IMG/VR virus record: IMGVR_UViG_3300049472_000168
Coordinates: 1 to 64,000 of that record
Length of the DNA stretch: 64,000 nucleotides
Direction: 5' to 3' (one strand)
From: a virus
Taxonomy: Duplodnaviria; Caudoviricetes
Positions within the stretch are counted from its first letter, which is position 1. Every line of letters begins with the position of its first letter. The translations under genes were made by a program, and so were the position numbers. This document shows, in pieces, positions 17,660 to 26,742 of this stretch. The notes under the pieces were generated by a model. The model saw only the letters and a program-made list of their open reading frames with translations. It did not search any database and had not been told where the DNA came from.

Positions 17660-18171
17660 TACCAGAGATCCTCGGAGAAGAGTTCTTTCAAGATAGGGTT
17701 ATTCGTTTTGAGTTGTCCACTTTCGATTGCAGTTTGTTTGGCCTCTGTTCTGGTGAGGAAGACCCCGTTAGATGTCAAGAATCCCTGCGCCTCCAGATCT
17801 GCTGTGAGTTCGACTCCGCAATTATTCATGTGTTGAATCACATCACAGTGTCTGCCTGGAGCCGGAACCGACCATACCTTGCCGTTTTGAACAATCGCAG
17901 CAGCCACAATACAGATCCCGCTTTTAACAGGAACTTCTTCCTCTACAAGAACTTCTCCGGTATTCCAATCAATACTGCGTTCGTGTTCGTAGCCATATTC
18001 AACAGCAACGGCATGGACATATATTTCTTTTGCCGACTTAATTGTAAGGAACCTAAAAATAGATGCCATAGAGGTCCTCTTGTCTCTACAAGCGGCGTAG
18101 CCAGAATCTCTCAACTGGCAACAAATGGACCAAACCGGTTCTACTGGAGCCTTTTTTACTACTCGTTTCAT
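17659..18171 (-). CDS. Hypothetical phage protein
   Basis: RH..QGFLTS.G.FL.R.EA..A..GQ..LFSEDLW, a pattern seen in phage hypotheticals. Confidence 0.6.
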   Translation of the reverse strand: MKRVVKKAPVEPVWSICCQLRDSGYAACRDKRTSMASIFRFLTIKSAKEIYVHAVAVEYGYEHERSIDWNTGEVLVEEEVPVKSGICIVAAAIVQNGKVWSVPAPGRHCDVIQHMNNCGVELTADLEAQGFLTSNGVFLTRTEAKQTAIESGQLKTNNPILKELFSEDLW

Positions 18172-18774
18172 CTAGTATTTCCTTGGGCTGTAGTCATCAA
18201 AACCTTCAGGTAGTTTGTACCCTTTTGATGATGTATTGGTGACATCAGTAGATCTAGGCCTGGTCTCAAACGTGGGCTCTGATTTCTGACCATGCAAACG
18301 CTCAGGAGGAGGCTGCATCGACGAAATCAGTTTCTTCACCGATGTATAGGCATTTTCAAAGGCCTGTTTCTTACCATTGAGATATTCAAGGATTGCCTTG
18401 ATCTCGTTGAGTCTTTCCTTGGCAAGTCGCACCTTGGGATCAATCGTAACCATAGCTTCCCTGAGGTCTTGGGACGATTTGTTGTGCCCCTTTTTCTTCA
18501 GGAATTCATCGTTACAGTCCAAGGTAGCTTCTGCAATTGTAACTTTGAGGGCTTCGTCGGCCTTATTTCTCTCATGAGTCACGACGCTAACACACTTATG
18601 CAGGGTTAGCCAGTGTTCGTTGTAGGTTGACAACAGTTCTGGGGCGTTATGAGTGTTGGTTTGCGCCACCTCATGAAGCCTAGACTCCGCCTTAACTACG
18701 GCTGCGATGTCCAGGACAATGGGGGTGCCGTCAACGCTTGGAATGATGTATTTGGATTCTCCGGATTCGATCAT
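18172..18774 (-). CDS. Coiled-coil protein, possible UvsY-like recombination mediator
   Basis: Long helical hairpin; lies between SSB and recA. Confidence 0.4.
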   Translation of the reverse strand: MIESGESKYIIPSVDGTPIVLDIAAVVKAESRLHEVAQTNTHNAPELLSTYNEHWLTLHKCVSVVTHERNKADEALKVTIAEATLDCNDEFLKKKGHNKSSQDLREAMVTIDPKVRLAKERLNEIKAILEYLNGKKQAFENAYTSVKKLISSMQPPPERLHGQKSEPTFETRPRSTDVTNTSSKGYKLPEGFDDYSPRKY

Positions 18775-18793
18775 ATCAGCTCCTCAAAAAAGG

Positions 18794-18873
18794 TTTCCTG
18801 TAGTGTTTAAAGGGGCCGTGAAACGATCAAAAAGCCCGTCCGGAGTTCTCCTCCGGCACTATTCTACAGAAAA
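18794..18873 (-). ncRNA. Duplicated structured element, copy 1
   Basis: UUUUCUGUAG/CUACAGGAAA outer stem; core GUGCCGGAGGAGAACUCCGGACGGG..CCCC..AAACAC. Confidence 0.55.
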
Positions 18874-18876
18874 TTG

Positions 18877-18954
18877 AGAGAGACCTAGGAATCGAACCTA
18901 GCTGTGACGGTCGTCTTAACGGTGCCGTTTGCCTACCCGCTCGGCCAGTCTCTC
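18877..18954 (-). ncRNA. tRNA-like RNA lacking a canonical anticodon loop
   Basis: Acceptor GAGAGAC/GUCUCUC; D arm GCC-GAGCGGGUA-GGC; T arm CUAGG-UUCGAUU-CCUAG; central AACG-GCAC-CGUU. Confidence 0.65.
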
Positions 18955-18960
18955 GAAAAC

Positions 18961-19041
18961 GACCTCAGGTGTGTTTCATGGGGATGAAAGCAACCTTAAA
19001 ACCCGTCCGGAGTTCTCCTCCGGCACCATGCACCTGTGGTC
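18961..19041 (-). ncRNA. Duplicated structured element, copy 2
   Basis: GACC.CAGGU/ACCUG.GGUC outer stem; same 25-nt core as copy 1. Confidence 0.55.
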
Positions 19042-19051
19042 TGATTAAATA

Positions 19052-20137
19052 CTAGTTGTCGTCAAAGGCTGCATCAAGATCTTCTTCTGATGCGGCCTCG
19101 ACACTAAATGTCGCTGGTTTCGGCTGAGCCGGTTTCTGAGGTGGAGTGAACCCCGTCTTCGCCGCTGCCAGTTTCGCGGCTCGACTAGCTGCCAGTCGGG
19201 CTTCAAGCGCTGCCTTTTCGGCTTCAAGTGCTGCCGTTTCAGCATCCTCATCGCTCACCCCAGTGGGATGAAGCTCAACGTCATCTTTGGGATGATCTAC
19301 TGGCTCTTGGTCAACTTCCAAATCGGACACATCTCGGATACCCAGGATTCGATTGACCTCATCAGGATCGTCGGTCTCCATCGAGGCCAGAGCCTGGAGC
19401 TGTTCCTCGGAATATCGAATTCTGGCCTGTTCCTCATCGAAGTCAGGAAGTACCTCAAGTGCGGTTTTGGCAAGCGAGGCATCCAGCATGTGGGCTGGTC
19501 GATCTGTGAGGAACCTTACAGTATCATCGACATCGAATCCAGTACCCCTGCGGCTGAACTGACACCACAACCCGGCGCGTCCGCTCAAAGGCTCGTAGCC
19601 CTCCTTGGTTGCTCTCCGGATTTCTTCCCGCAGCTTCTTGACGCAAGTCGAGTTGAGTCGGAGAACTCCTAGCTTACCGCCTTCGTCGAGGACGTAGATG
19701 CGGTATTTCCCGTCGTGGCCATGGTCTTTAAGCCAGATGTTGTAGGGCTGAACCGCCTTCTGGACCTGGGCCTTGGTACCCTTCTTCTCCAGAATCTTGG
19801 CTTCGACAATCTTGATCTGGTTCTTGACCTCTTCTCGCTTTTCGCAGAGAGGACATTGCTTCGTAATCATACCTCCGTTGCGGAAGTCTTTCTCCTGGAT
19901 ACAGAGAATCGGAACAGACTTCGTCTTGGTCGGGTCCTTGGGATTTCGACCCTTCCAGAAGTGGGTATACCAGAACTGGGTAAAATCTCGACGAGCCCGC
20001 AGCGACTTCATCGCTGGCAAGATGCGGTAGACCACATCGGTATCGGGCTTCAGACTGAGGTTTTCGTAGTTGTTACCTCCAGTGCTGGGGTCATCGAATC
20101 CCTCGGGGAGGCTATAGTTTTCGGCTTGTGATTGCAT
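19052..20137 (-). CDS. Single-stranded DNA-binding protein (gp32-like)
   Basis: YRILP, H..C..CPLCE Zn-type motif, acidic C-terminal tail. Confidence 0.7.
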   Translation of the reverse strand: MQSQAENYSLPEGFDDPSTGGNNYENLSLKPDTDVVYRILPAMKSLRARRDFTQFWYTHFWKGRNPKDPTKTKSVPILCIQEKDFRNGGMITKQCPLCEKREEVKNQIKIVEAKILEKKGTKAQVQKAVQPYNIWLKDHGHDGKYRIYVLDEGGKLGVLRLNSTCVKKLREEIRRATKEGYEPLSGRAGLWCQFSRRGTGFDVDDTVRFLTDRPAHMLDASLAKTALEVLPDFDEEQARIRYSEEQLQALASMETDDPDEVNRILGIRDVSDLEVDQEPVDHPKDDVELHPTGVSDEDAETAALEAEKAALEARLAASRAAKLAAAKTGFTPPQKPAQPKPATFSVEAASEEDLDAAFDDN

Positions 20138-20138
20138 G

Positions 20139-20927
20139 TTATCCTTTTGAGTTTTTGAAGAGGTTAATAAGTGATTCTAGTGTAGGGGTTTCTTTAAGAA
20201 CGGCCTCTGAGTGTTTCGCAAAAAGCGTCTGGAACTCCTCGATATCGAGTTCTCCTGGATTGAGAAGAAGAACAGGCACCTTGTGGTTGCAGAGGTCGGA
20301 TTTGACTGTTTCCTTCAGAATAGTTGATTTCAGGGCCGATGTCAACATCTTTGAGTCCTGAGGATATGTCCGGTCGGCCTCTGCTACCATGGTTCGGATA
20401 TGGTTGACCAGGTCGGAATGAGTCGGACAGCAGATCTCGGAAAACTGAGGCAGGAATGCTGAGGCATATCGGAAGTCCTCGTTATACTCCTGTTTTGCGG
20501 CAGTAAAGATATTCACCAAGATATGGTGTTGCGTCATCCTGTAGATTCTGTCGAGACCCATAGAAGGTTCGATTTCAGATGCCACCCTATCCCAGAAGGC
20601 ACCGACACCAAATACAATTCCGGACCCCTCAATCAACTTGGCTGCTTCGTCGAGGAACTCTTGGTCTCCACCAACCGAAACCGCAACAAGACGACGAGGC
20701 GTCTGGGCCCACAACGAATTCATCAGAACAGGAAGGGCTTTTGAGGCCTGTTCCTTTCGCATCTCAATTGCGGGTCTAATCGAAACAGGGACATCTTCCA
20801 TCTGAGTCGAAGCTGTATTCTGGGCTCCGATGATGTCCTCAATCAACCCTTCTACGACAGAATCGATTTTTTCGACCTTGGCCTCTGTTTTGGTTTCCGT
20901 CTTGTCTTCTTTATTCTTCGGTGGCAT
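20139..20927 (-). CDS. Hypothetical protein
   Basis: Long ORF in replication operon. Confidence 0.65.
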   Translation of the reverse strand: MPPKNKEDKTETKTEAKVEKIDSVVEGLIEDIIGAQNTASTQMEDVPVSIRPAIEMRKEQASKALPVLMNSLWAQTPRRLVAVSVGGDQEFLDEAAKLIEGSGIVFGVGAFWDRVASEIEPSMGLDRIYRMTQHHILVNIFTAAKQEYNEDFRYASAFLPQFSEICCPTHSDLVNHIRTMVAEADRTYPQDSKMLTSALKSTILKETVKSDLCNHKVPVLLLNPGELDIEEFQTLFAKHSEAVLKETPTLESLINLFKNSKG

Positions 20928-23394
20928 TGGATTCTTTCTTTCTGATTATTTCAAAATCTTGGACAATAAAGGATTTATCTATTCTGGTTCTGACCAGAAC
21001 CGCTGCTAGTATTACTCCGGATTCGATATCCTCTGCTTTGCCCGATATCGATCCAGATTTGCCGAAATATGCAAATCTATACTTATCACCGCCGACCTCA
21101 AGTGTCAACTCCAAAGCCTCTTTTGATTTTCCTTCGCCGTAGCGAAATTTCTTGGTTTCCTCGACGTAACCGACAACAGCACATCGGTAGCCTCCGGGAG
21201 GAAAGTTCTTTCTGTTCTCATTCAGGACAGTAAGTTTAGTGGTATCTACCACAAAATCGGCTACCGACACTTCCTTGTATTGGTCGCGGTCCCATCGTTT
21301 CCACAAATACTTCATCCTGTCACTCTGCATCATCAGGAATGGTGGCAGCTCGGTAGACTTCAGGAGTTCTCTGAGATCCTCGCCATAGGCTGGGAGAACT
21401 CCCTTGATGGTCTGATACCTGCCGAGGGCATCCAGCGTCTTGTAGTTGGTTTTGGAGGCCTTGTTGTAGGCAGCTAAGGCAGCCTTCCATCTCTTCTTCT
21501 CTTCCCCTACGGAGTTCTGGTATTTTTCCGTACAGGCTTCGATCATAGCCGTGTCATAGGCATCAAGACAGCCCGAAACCGAAGTTCCGGGTTCAAATAA
21601 TGAGGCCAGGGTTCCGGCTACAATTAGATCGTAAATCGTCTTTCTCCGAATCGCAGATCTACCTAGAGACAGAACTTCGACTTCAGTAACGGCTCCTGAT
21701 TTATCTTTGACTTCCTTGGTTTTGGTCTCCAGATTTTTCTGACGATGCTCCATCTGCTTCGAGCAGAAGTCCTTCAGGTCCAAATAGGGACTATAGCTGA
21801 CAAGTTGTTCGTGGGCCTTGTCTCCGACACCGTGTAAGAGACCGATAGGAGCCCTAATTTTGTCGCCTTCAATCTGCCAGACGTATCCTGATTTCTGGAT
21901 ATCTGGTAGCAAGACGAGATGGCCGCAATGCCTCCAGAATTTGTCGTTGACCTCATTCTTGGTCGCATTGCTCAAGACAGCACACCACCATTCCAGGGGA
22001 TAGTGGTGTTTCAACCAAGCCGAGGCGTATCCGATAACGGAATATGACACGGCGTGAGATTTATTGAAACCATATTTTGCCCAGGTCTTCAACGAATCCC
22101 AGACTTTCTGGGCGTTTTCTTCGCCTATCTTCAGAGAGGCGCGCTCCATAAACTTTGGATATGCCGCATCGACCTTGGCCTTTTTCTTCTTCGCGATATC
22201 GCTTCTGAATTCCTCGGCCTCAGACCCAGAACAGCCGGTAAGGTTCTGGTAGACCCGTTGTAGCGACTCCTGATAACACATGATGCCGTATGTCTCCGGA
22301 ACCAACTCTTCCAGAAGAGGCAAGATATCCGGACTCGGTTTAGCCCCTCTGGCTCTGCGGGCATATTCAACCAACATGTTATGAGTAGATCCCGGAGCCC
22401 CCGGGGGACCGACGTATTCCGGATTCTGGACTTCGTAGTCCAATGGACCCGGGCGGTCCAGAGCTGTAAAAGCTGCCATATCTAATACGGATTGAATCGA
22501 TTTCTTGCCGTCTTCACCTACATAATTGAAGTGAGACAACCACTGGATCGCAGAATTTGTGTTAAATTGAAAAACAGTTTCAGTCCTGCCTCCACAGATA
22601 TCGTCGAAGACATCCTGGTCCTCAGGTAGGTCCCAGATAGAGAACGGTTCCAGAGTCTTGGGGTCCTGTACGATGAGATGAGACGGAGTCAGTCCCCCTC
22701 TTAGGGTCTGGGCCTTGTATTTTGTCGTCCTGTTCTGGATCAAAACGATGGCATCTTGGATGTCTCGTAACGAATTGACGACAAGAAAATCCATCTTGAT
22801 GCCGCCAACTGATTCGACTCCAGAAGCCGTAAAGGCTGTAACCTGAGAGTCAGTCACAGTGACCAGTGGGATGAAGTCAGATATCGGTTTGTTCGCGATG
22901 ACAAAGCCACAGGCGTGCTTGGACTTCTGTCGAGTCAGCCCTAAGCATTTTTTAACCACGGCCCAGTCTTCGGGATACTTCTCGATATAGGCCAGGAGAT
23001 TTTGATCCGTGCCGACGTGATCGGGCTCAGAACTACCCAGGACCCAGCCTTCGTCAGAGGCGTAGCCAGAGATAAAATCGATGTCCTCGACACCCTGCGG
23101 TGGCATCAAGAAGGTCTTGCAGAGTCCCTCGATATCATCAGGGACATATCCGACGACTCTTTCTCCTCCGCAATCGCATCGAGGTACGTAGTCCGGTGTC
23201 TCGTATTGGGCCCCACACTTCTCGCAGCGTTTCCGCATGGACCTGGAAACATCCTTGACCGCAGATTTCAGTTTGAGCTTGGTATCAACGCTGATCTGGG
23301 CATAGTGGTTACCATACCTGGCATCAAGAAAGCCCTTGAAATATGCCGGGATTTCCCCAGCACTGGACCTGGCTGTGATTTTGGCGATCTTCAT
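20911..23394 (-). CDS. dnaE: DNA polymerase III alpha, C-terminal part (split gene)
   Basis: SAVKDVSR, KHACGFVI, KMDFLVVNSL, VFQF, ETYGIMCYQE, YGFNKSHAVSY, LKHHYPLEW. Confidence 0.92.
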   Translation of the reverse strand: MKIAKITARSSAGEIPAYFKGFLDARYGNHYAQISVDTKLKLKSAVKDVSRSMRKRCEKCGAQYETPDYVPRCDCGGERVVGYVPDDIEGLCKTFLMPPQGVEDIDFISGYASDEGWVLGSSEPDHVGTDQNLLAYIEKYPEDWAVVKKCLGLTRQKSKHACGFVIANKPISDFIPLVTVTDSQVTAFTASGVESVGGIKMDFLVVNSLRDIQDAIVLIQNRTTKYKAQTLRGGLTPSHLIVQDPKTLEPFSIWDLPEDQDVFDDICGGRTETVFQFNTNSAIQWLSHFNYVGEDGKKSIQSVLDMAAFTALDRPGPLDYEVQNPEYVGPPGAPGSTHNMLVEYARRARGAKPSPDILPLLEELVPETYGIMCYQESLQRVYQNLTGCSGSEAEEFRSDIAKKKKAKVDAAYPKFMERASLKIGEENAQKVWDSLKTWAKYGFNKSHAVSYSVIGYASAWLKHHYPLEWWCAVLSNATKNEVNDKFWRHCGHLVLLPDIQKSGYVWQIEGDKIRAPIGLLHGVGDKAHEQLVSYSPYLDLKDFCSKQMEHRQKNLETKTKEVKDKSGAVTEVEVLSLGRSAIRRKTIYDLIVAGTLASLFEPGTSVSGCLDAYDTAMIEACTEKYQNSVGEEKKRWKAALAAYNKASKTNYKTLDALGRYQTIKGVLPAYGEDLRELLKSTELPPFLMMQSDRMKYLWKRWDRDQYKEVSVADFVVDTTKLTVLNENRKNFPPGGYRCAVVGYVEETKKFRYGEGKSKEALELTLEVGGDKYRFAYFGKSGSISGKAEDIESGVILAAVLVRTRIDKSFIVQDFEIIRKKESNATEE

Positions 23395-23825
23395 TCTTTG
23401 GCCAGCCAGATATATTCCACGCCTCGAACCTTACCATTGCAACCTTCTGAAAACTCCCATTCGGGATCAGATATCCTGCCTTCTTCAAAATCCCACTTTG
23501 GGGCGACACGAAAAAGAGCCGCAGCAAGACCCAGACGGGTCGGATGTTTTGTCGCTTCACTTTTTGAAGCAACTATTTTGTATCCAGTTGGAGGAATCTC
23601 TGGATTATTCGTATGTTTTTTGATCTCACCGGTCCCCCAGTTGATCACTACTTCTTCGCCATAGGTCTCAATTACAGCATTGACATAAGCCAAGATGCTT
23701 TCGGCATATCGCTTGTCTCTTTCGGCTCGGAACTTACTGCCTTTGGCCCGGAGCTTGTCGCATTCGGCACGGAGCTGTTCGTATTGGTTCCAGGCTGCTT
23801 CTAGTTTTGGATGTTTCGTCTTCAT
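23391..23825 (-). CDS. Hypothetical gene between the dnaE halves; paralog of 8553..8798
   Basis: ATGA overlaps at both ends; shared PK.EAAW..Y.NAV..YG..W.TG.I. Confidence 0.7.
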   Translation of the reverse strand: MKTKHPKLEAAWNQYEQLRAECDKLRAKGSKFRAERDKRYAESILAYVNAVIETYGEEVVINWGTGEIKKHTNNPEIPPTGYKIVASKSEATKHPTRLGLAAALFRVAPKWDFEEGRISDPEWEFSEGCNGKVRGVEYIWLAKE

Positions 23826-25627
23826 TTGTTTAATATATCGGAAGTCTGACGAGATGTCAATTCCGATTTCTGCTGCCACCACGGTTCAAATTCGGCTCCG
23901 GCTTCCAGGGCTTCCTCTGCGGTCATTAATCCTGTTGAAGTCTCGATCTTAAAATCCTTGGGAACAACCTGTCTGGTACCGTCTGATGCCTCGAACTCTA
24001 TGGTTTCCGTCTGCCATCCGACAAGAGGTTCTCTGAAACTCAAGTCTTGGTCGATATCGGGGAGCTTCCCTGATTTGATACGGTCCAAAGTGATGAAACG
24101 GTCCTGGCTCAGCTCGTATTTGATGGGATCGATATGGGTGATTCCCAAGAGATAACACAAAAGAAGCCCCGCTGCGGACCCACGACCTGGACCTGTTAGC
24201 CAGCCTTGGTTCTCGTAGATCCTGCAAATTTCTTCGTCGATGTGAAAATAAGGCAACAAGTCGATTGACCCATTACGGTGTAGGATGTCGAGTTCTGATT
24301 TTAGCCTGGCGAAGTAGACGGGGTCATTAGGCATCCTGCCGTGCTTCTTGACTAGTTCCTTGGTATACTTCAGGGAATCCTGAGGAAAGAATTTAGTCGG
24401 CAGGCTCGGGGTCTGGTCCATCTTGAACCCACTGAATCTCGAAGCCCAGTCATGGGTATTGTCTATCCAGGATTCAAAGGTGCTCTGAGAGATTCCGGCA
24501 TAGTCCCTAAAATGACCCCAGGCCTCTTCAGATGATTGTCTATGGTAGGAATTAGCAAATCTCCAGCCTCCGCCACCCTGAGCCAGTCTGACATCTTGGA
24601 TGACCTTCTCGTCTGGGGTCGCAAAATGGCTGTCGTCTGCGATCAAGATTTTGACATCGTGTTTCTTGGCAAGACCTATGACATAGGCATTGGTGCCCCA
24701 CTGGACATCGCCTCCTGGAGCCGAAGCCGAGCACTCGTTCTGGAAGAACCCTTCCTTCTTCTCTACACCCAAAATGGTGTAGTCTTTGTCAAAAGGCTTC
24801 CAGGCTCTGAAGTTTCGGATCTCAACTAATTTCTTGTGGGTCCCTGGATTGAAACTATTTGCTAGGGTCTCTGCGGTGATGCCATCGGGTTCACCTGCTG
24901 AGGTCCTCAATTTTTTCTCATAATAGAACCTCAGAGTCTCTTTGTCGCCTTCGGGAGTCTGGACCTCGACAAAGACGGCTTTGACCCAGTTATGAGAACA
25001 GACGTGAGGAAATACCTCAACATAGAATCGGTCTCCGAAGAGATATTTCATTCTGTCAAAATAGGCCTTGGCGGCATCTGTATTCTTGTGGACAAATAAG
25101 TGTCTCTGGATAATGCCGACCAAACAGGAACTGGTTGTCAGTACCTTGTGGGACGCCAGCTCTTCGATATCATCCCAGGAGAACAAGGGTTTCAGCTCAG
25201 ACCCATGTCGTTCCGCTCTGGAATCCGCCTTTGACAGCAATCTGACAGCACAGAGGTAGGCGTCATGATTCTCAAAATGCATGGTGAGATGCATGTACTT
25301 GAGATAGTCATAATAGGTGCCGTCTGGGTGGGTCTCTTTCCAAATCTTGGGGTCTAGACCTTTCGGAACAGTATGTCCTCGGGGAACACCCAGTTTTCCA
25401 AGAATAGGGCAGTGGTCGTCTCTGAAGTAGGCTTCGAGTCCGATGATGGGCTGGAGGCTATGCTTCTTCGCGATGCTATATACCTGAGGAGCAGCTGCTA
25501 GGGTACCGTGGTCTGTTACTGTGAAGTGCCCAGATCCTAGTTCTACCTCTCGTTTAGCCATGGCCTCTGGGGTTGAGGCCGAATCCAGAGATGCTGGATG
25601 GGTGTGGCAAGACACAAATTGTTTCAT
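23822..25627 (-). CDS. dnaE: DNA polymerase III alpha, N-terminal part (PHP + start of palm)
   Basis: HTH..SLD, TDHG, IIGLEAY, DDSHF, GPGRGSAAG, ITHIDPIKY, PDIDQD. Confidence 0.92.
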   Translation of the reverse strand: MKQFVSCHTHPASLDSASTPEAMAKREVELGSGHFTVTDHGTLAAAPQVYSIAKKHSLQPIIGLEAYFRDDHCPILGKLGVPRGHTVPKGLDPKIWKETHPDGTYYDYLKYMHLTMHFENHDAYLCAVRLLSKADSRAERHGSELKPLFSWDDIEELASHKVLTTSSCLVGIIQRHLFVHKNTDAAKAYFDRMKYLFGDRFYVEVFPHVCSHNWVKAVFVEVQTPEGDKETLRFYYEKKLRTSAGEPDGITAETLANSFNPGTHKKLVEIRNFRAWKPFDKDYTILGVEKKEGFFQNECSASAPGGDVQWGTNAYVIGLAKKHDVKILIADDSHFATPDEKVIQDVRLAQGGGGWRFANSYHRQSSEEAWGHFRDYAGISQSTFESWIDNTHDWASRFSGFKMDQTPSLPTKFFPQDSLKYTKELVKKHGRMPNDPVYFARLKSELDILHRNGSIDLLPYFHIDEEICRIYENQGWLTGPGRGSAAGLLLCYLLGITHIDPIKYELSQDRFITLDRIKSGKLPDIDQDLSFREPLVGWQTETIEFEASDGTRQVVPKDFKIETSTGLMTAEEALEAGAEFEPWWQQKSELTSRQTSDILNK

Positions 25628-25654
25628 TCTACCGACAATACCAGACCTCGACTA

Positions 25655-25876
25655 CTAGTCAAGGACATATCCGATTTTGTTTCGAATCCTGGTCAGGATG
25701 GACTCAAACCTCTGCTGTACTTCGTCCTCGGAGATTCCTAGGGCCTGACCAACGACGTGGTCTGGGCAGCCGTCGGGATATCTTTGCTCCAAGGTGGTAA
25801 TTGAATAGTCGAATCGCTTCATCACGATATATTCGGGATCTGTTTCAAGCATGTGGAGTTGTTCCGGATTAGGCAT
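25655..25876 (-). CDS. Small HTH-like hypothetical protein
   Basis: VVGQALGISEDEVQQR resembles an HTH. Confidence 0.5.
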   Translation of the reverse strand: MPNPEQLHMLETDPEYIVMKRFDYSITTLEQRYPDGCPDHVVGQALGISEDEVQQRFESILTRIRNKIGYVLD

Positions 25877-26363
25877 TTATTGCCTTGCAATTGATGTCGC
25901 CGTCTTCGGGTAAGGACTCAGGAATTGCTCCGTCTTCCCTCCTGAGATAAGATGTCCATGGAATGAATTCGGCAAAAGAATTCCAAAAACCCCAAACCCT
26001 ACGACCACGACCAGCAAAAACCAGGGTCCATGTGGGCTTCAACAAGCTATGGATCTGATGGATATGTTCGGCTCGACGCCAGACAAAACCAACCCTAAGT
26101 AGTCTAGAAATCATGGGAACCTTGCCTCTGAGCTGGTCTTCTGTTTTGAAGACAAGTTCCAGGTATCCACCCCATAGGATTAGGGTCAAGAAGCTCCAGG
26201 GATGATCGTGAGGGTCCCTGTCATTATCCGGTTTCCGGATGTAATGAAGCATGACCTTGTATGGCCACTTCCGAGGAGTGATGTAATACCTCCGGAGATA
26301 GAGTTCTCCGGATTTTACGATGTCCTTATGTCTAAATACCCACATCAGGATTCGGTGTAACAT
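25869..26363 (-). CDS. Cupin-like phage protein
   Basis: YLRRY..LH..D.DRDPHDHPW.F...IL.GGY.E..H.I..WTL..WGF. Confidence 0.65.
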   Translation of the reverse strand: MLHRILMWVFRHKDIVKSGELYLRRYYITPRKWPYKVMLHYIRKPDNDRDPHDHPWSFLTLILWGGYLELVFKTEDQLRGKVPMISRLLRVGFVWRRAEHIHQIHSLLKPTWTLVFAGRGRRVWGFWNSFAEFIPWTSYLRREDGAIPESLPEDGDINCKAINA

Positions 26364-26742
26364 CTGGATCCCTTCTGAATTCCAGGACTCTTGCCTTGAT
26401 GATACCAAGAGACTGTGAGACCTCTTCGTATTTTTCTTTGAGTCCTTGGATTTCTTTCAACTTCAATGACACTTCTCTGTTTGTCACGCTTCTTTTTTGA
26501 CTAAGAATCTTCTGCTTCTTCTTGCAAACCTCAAGGTCTTTGTAGGCTTCCTGGTACCTGGAGAAAGAGATGATATCTTCTGATTTTATTTTTAGGAGTT
26601 CTATTTTGATCTCTTCGATTTCGGAGTCGTTTTCCTGGATACTGGATTCTATTTCTCCGAGTTCCCTCTTCTTTGAATCGAGACCTACGGTTAGGTCCCT
26701 GATCCTAGAGAAGAGTTCTGCCATCTCTTGTCTGGAATCCAT
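26332..26742 (-). CDS. Coiled-coil hypothetical protein
   Basis: Heptad-rich K/E sequence. Confidence 0.55.
   Translation of the reverse strand: MDSRQEMAELFSRIRDLTVGLDSKKRELGEIESSIQENDSEIEEIKIELLKIKSEDIISFSRYQEAYKDLEVCKKKQKILSQKRSVTNREVSLKLKEIQGLKEKYEEVSQSLGIIKARVLEFRRDPDVTPNPDVGI

Noticed and set aside
18794-19041. Hammerhead, HDV/theta ribozyme, RNase P or SRP RNA
   Set aside because: No CUGANGA core or recognisable nested pseudoknot; resemblance to RNase P GAGGAAAGUCC is superficial and the element is too short
23300-24020. Functional trans-splicing split intein in dnaE
   Set aside because: No N-terminal Cys/Ser block A, no TxxH and no terminal His-Asn plus nucleophile; kept only as a degenerate remnant
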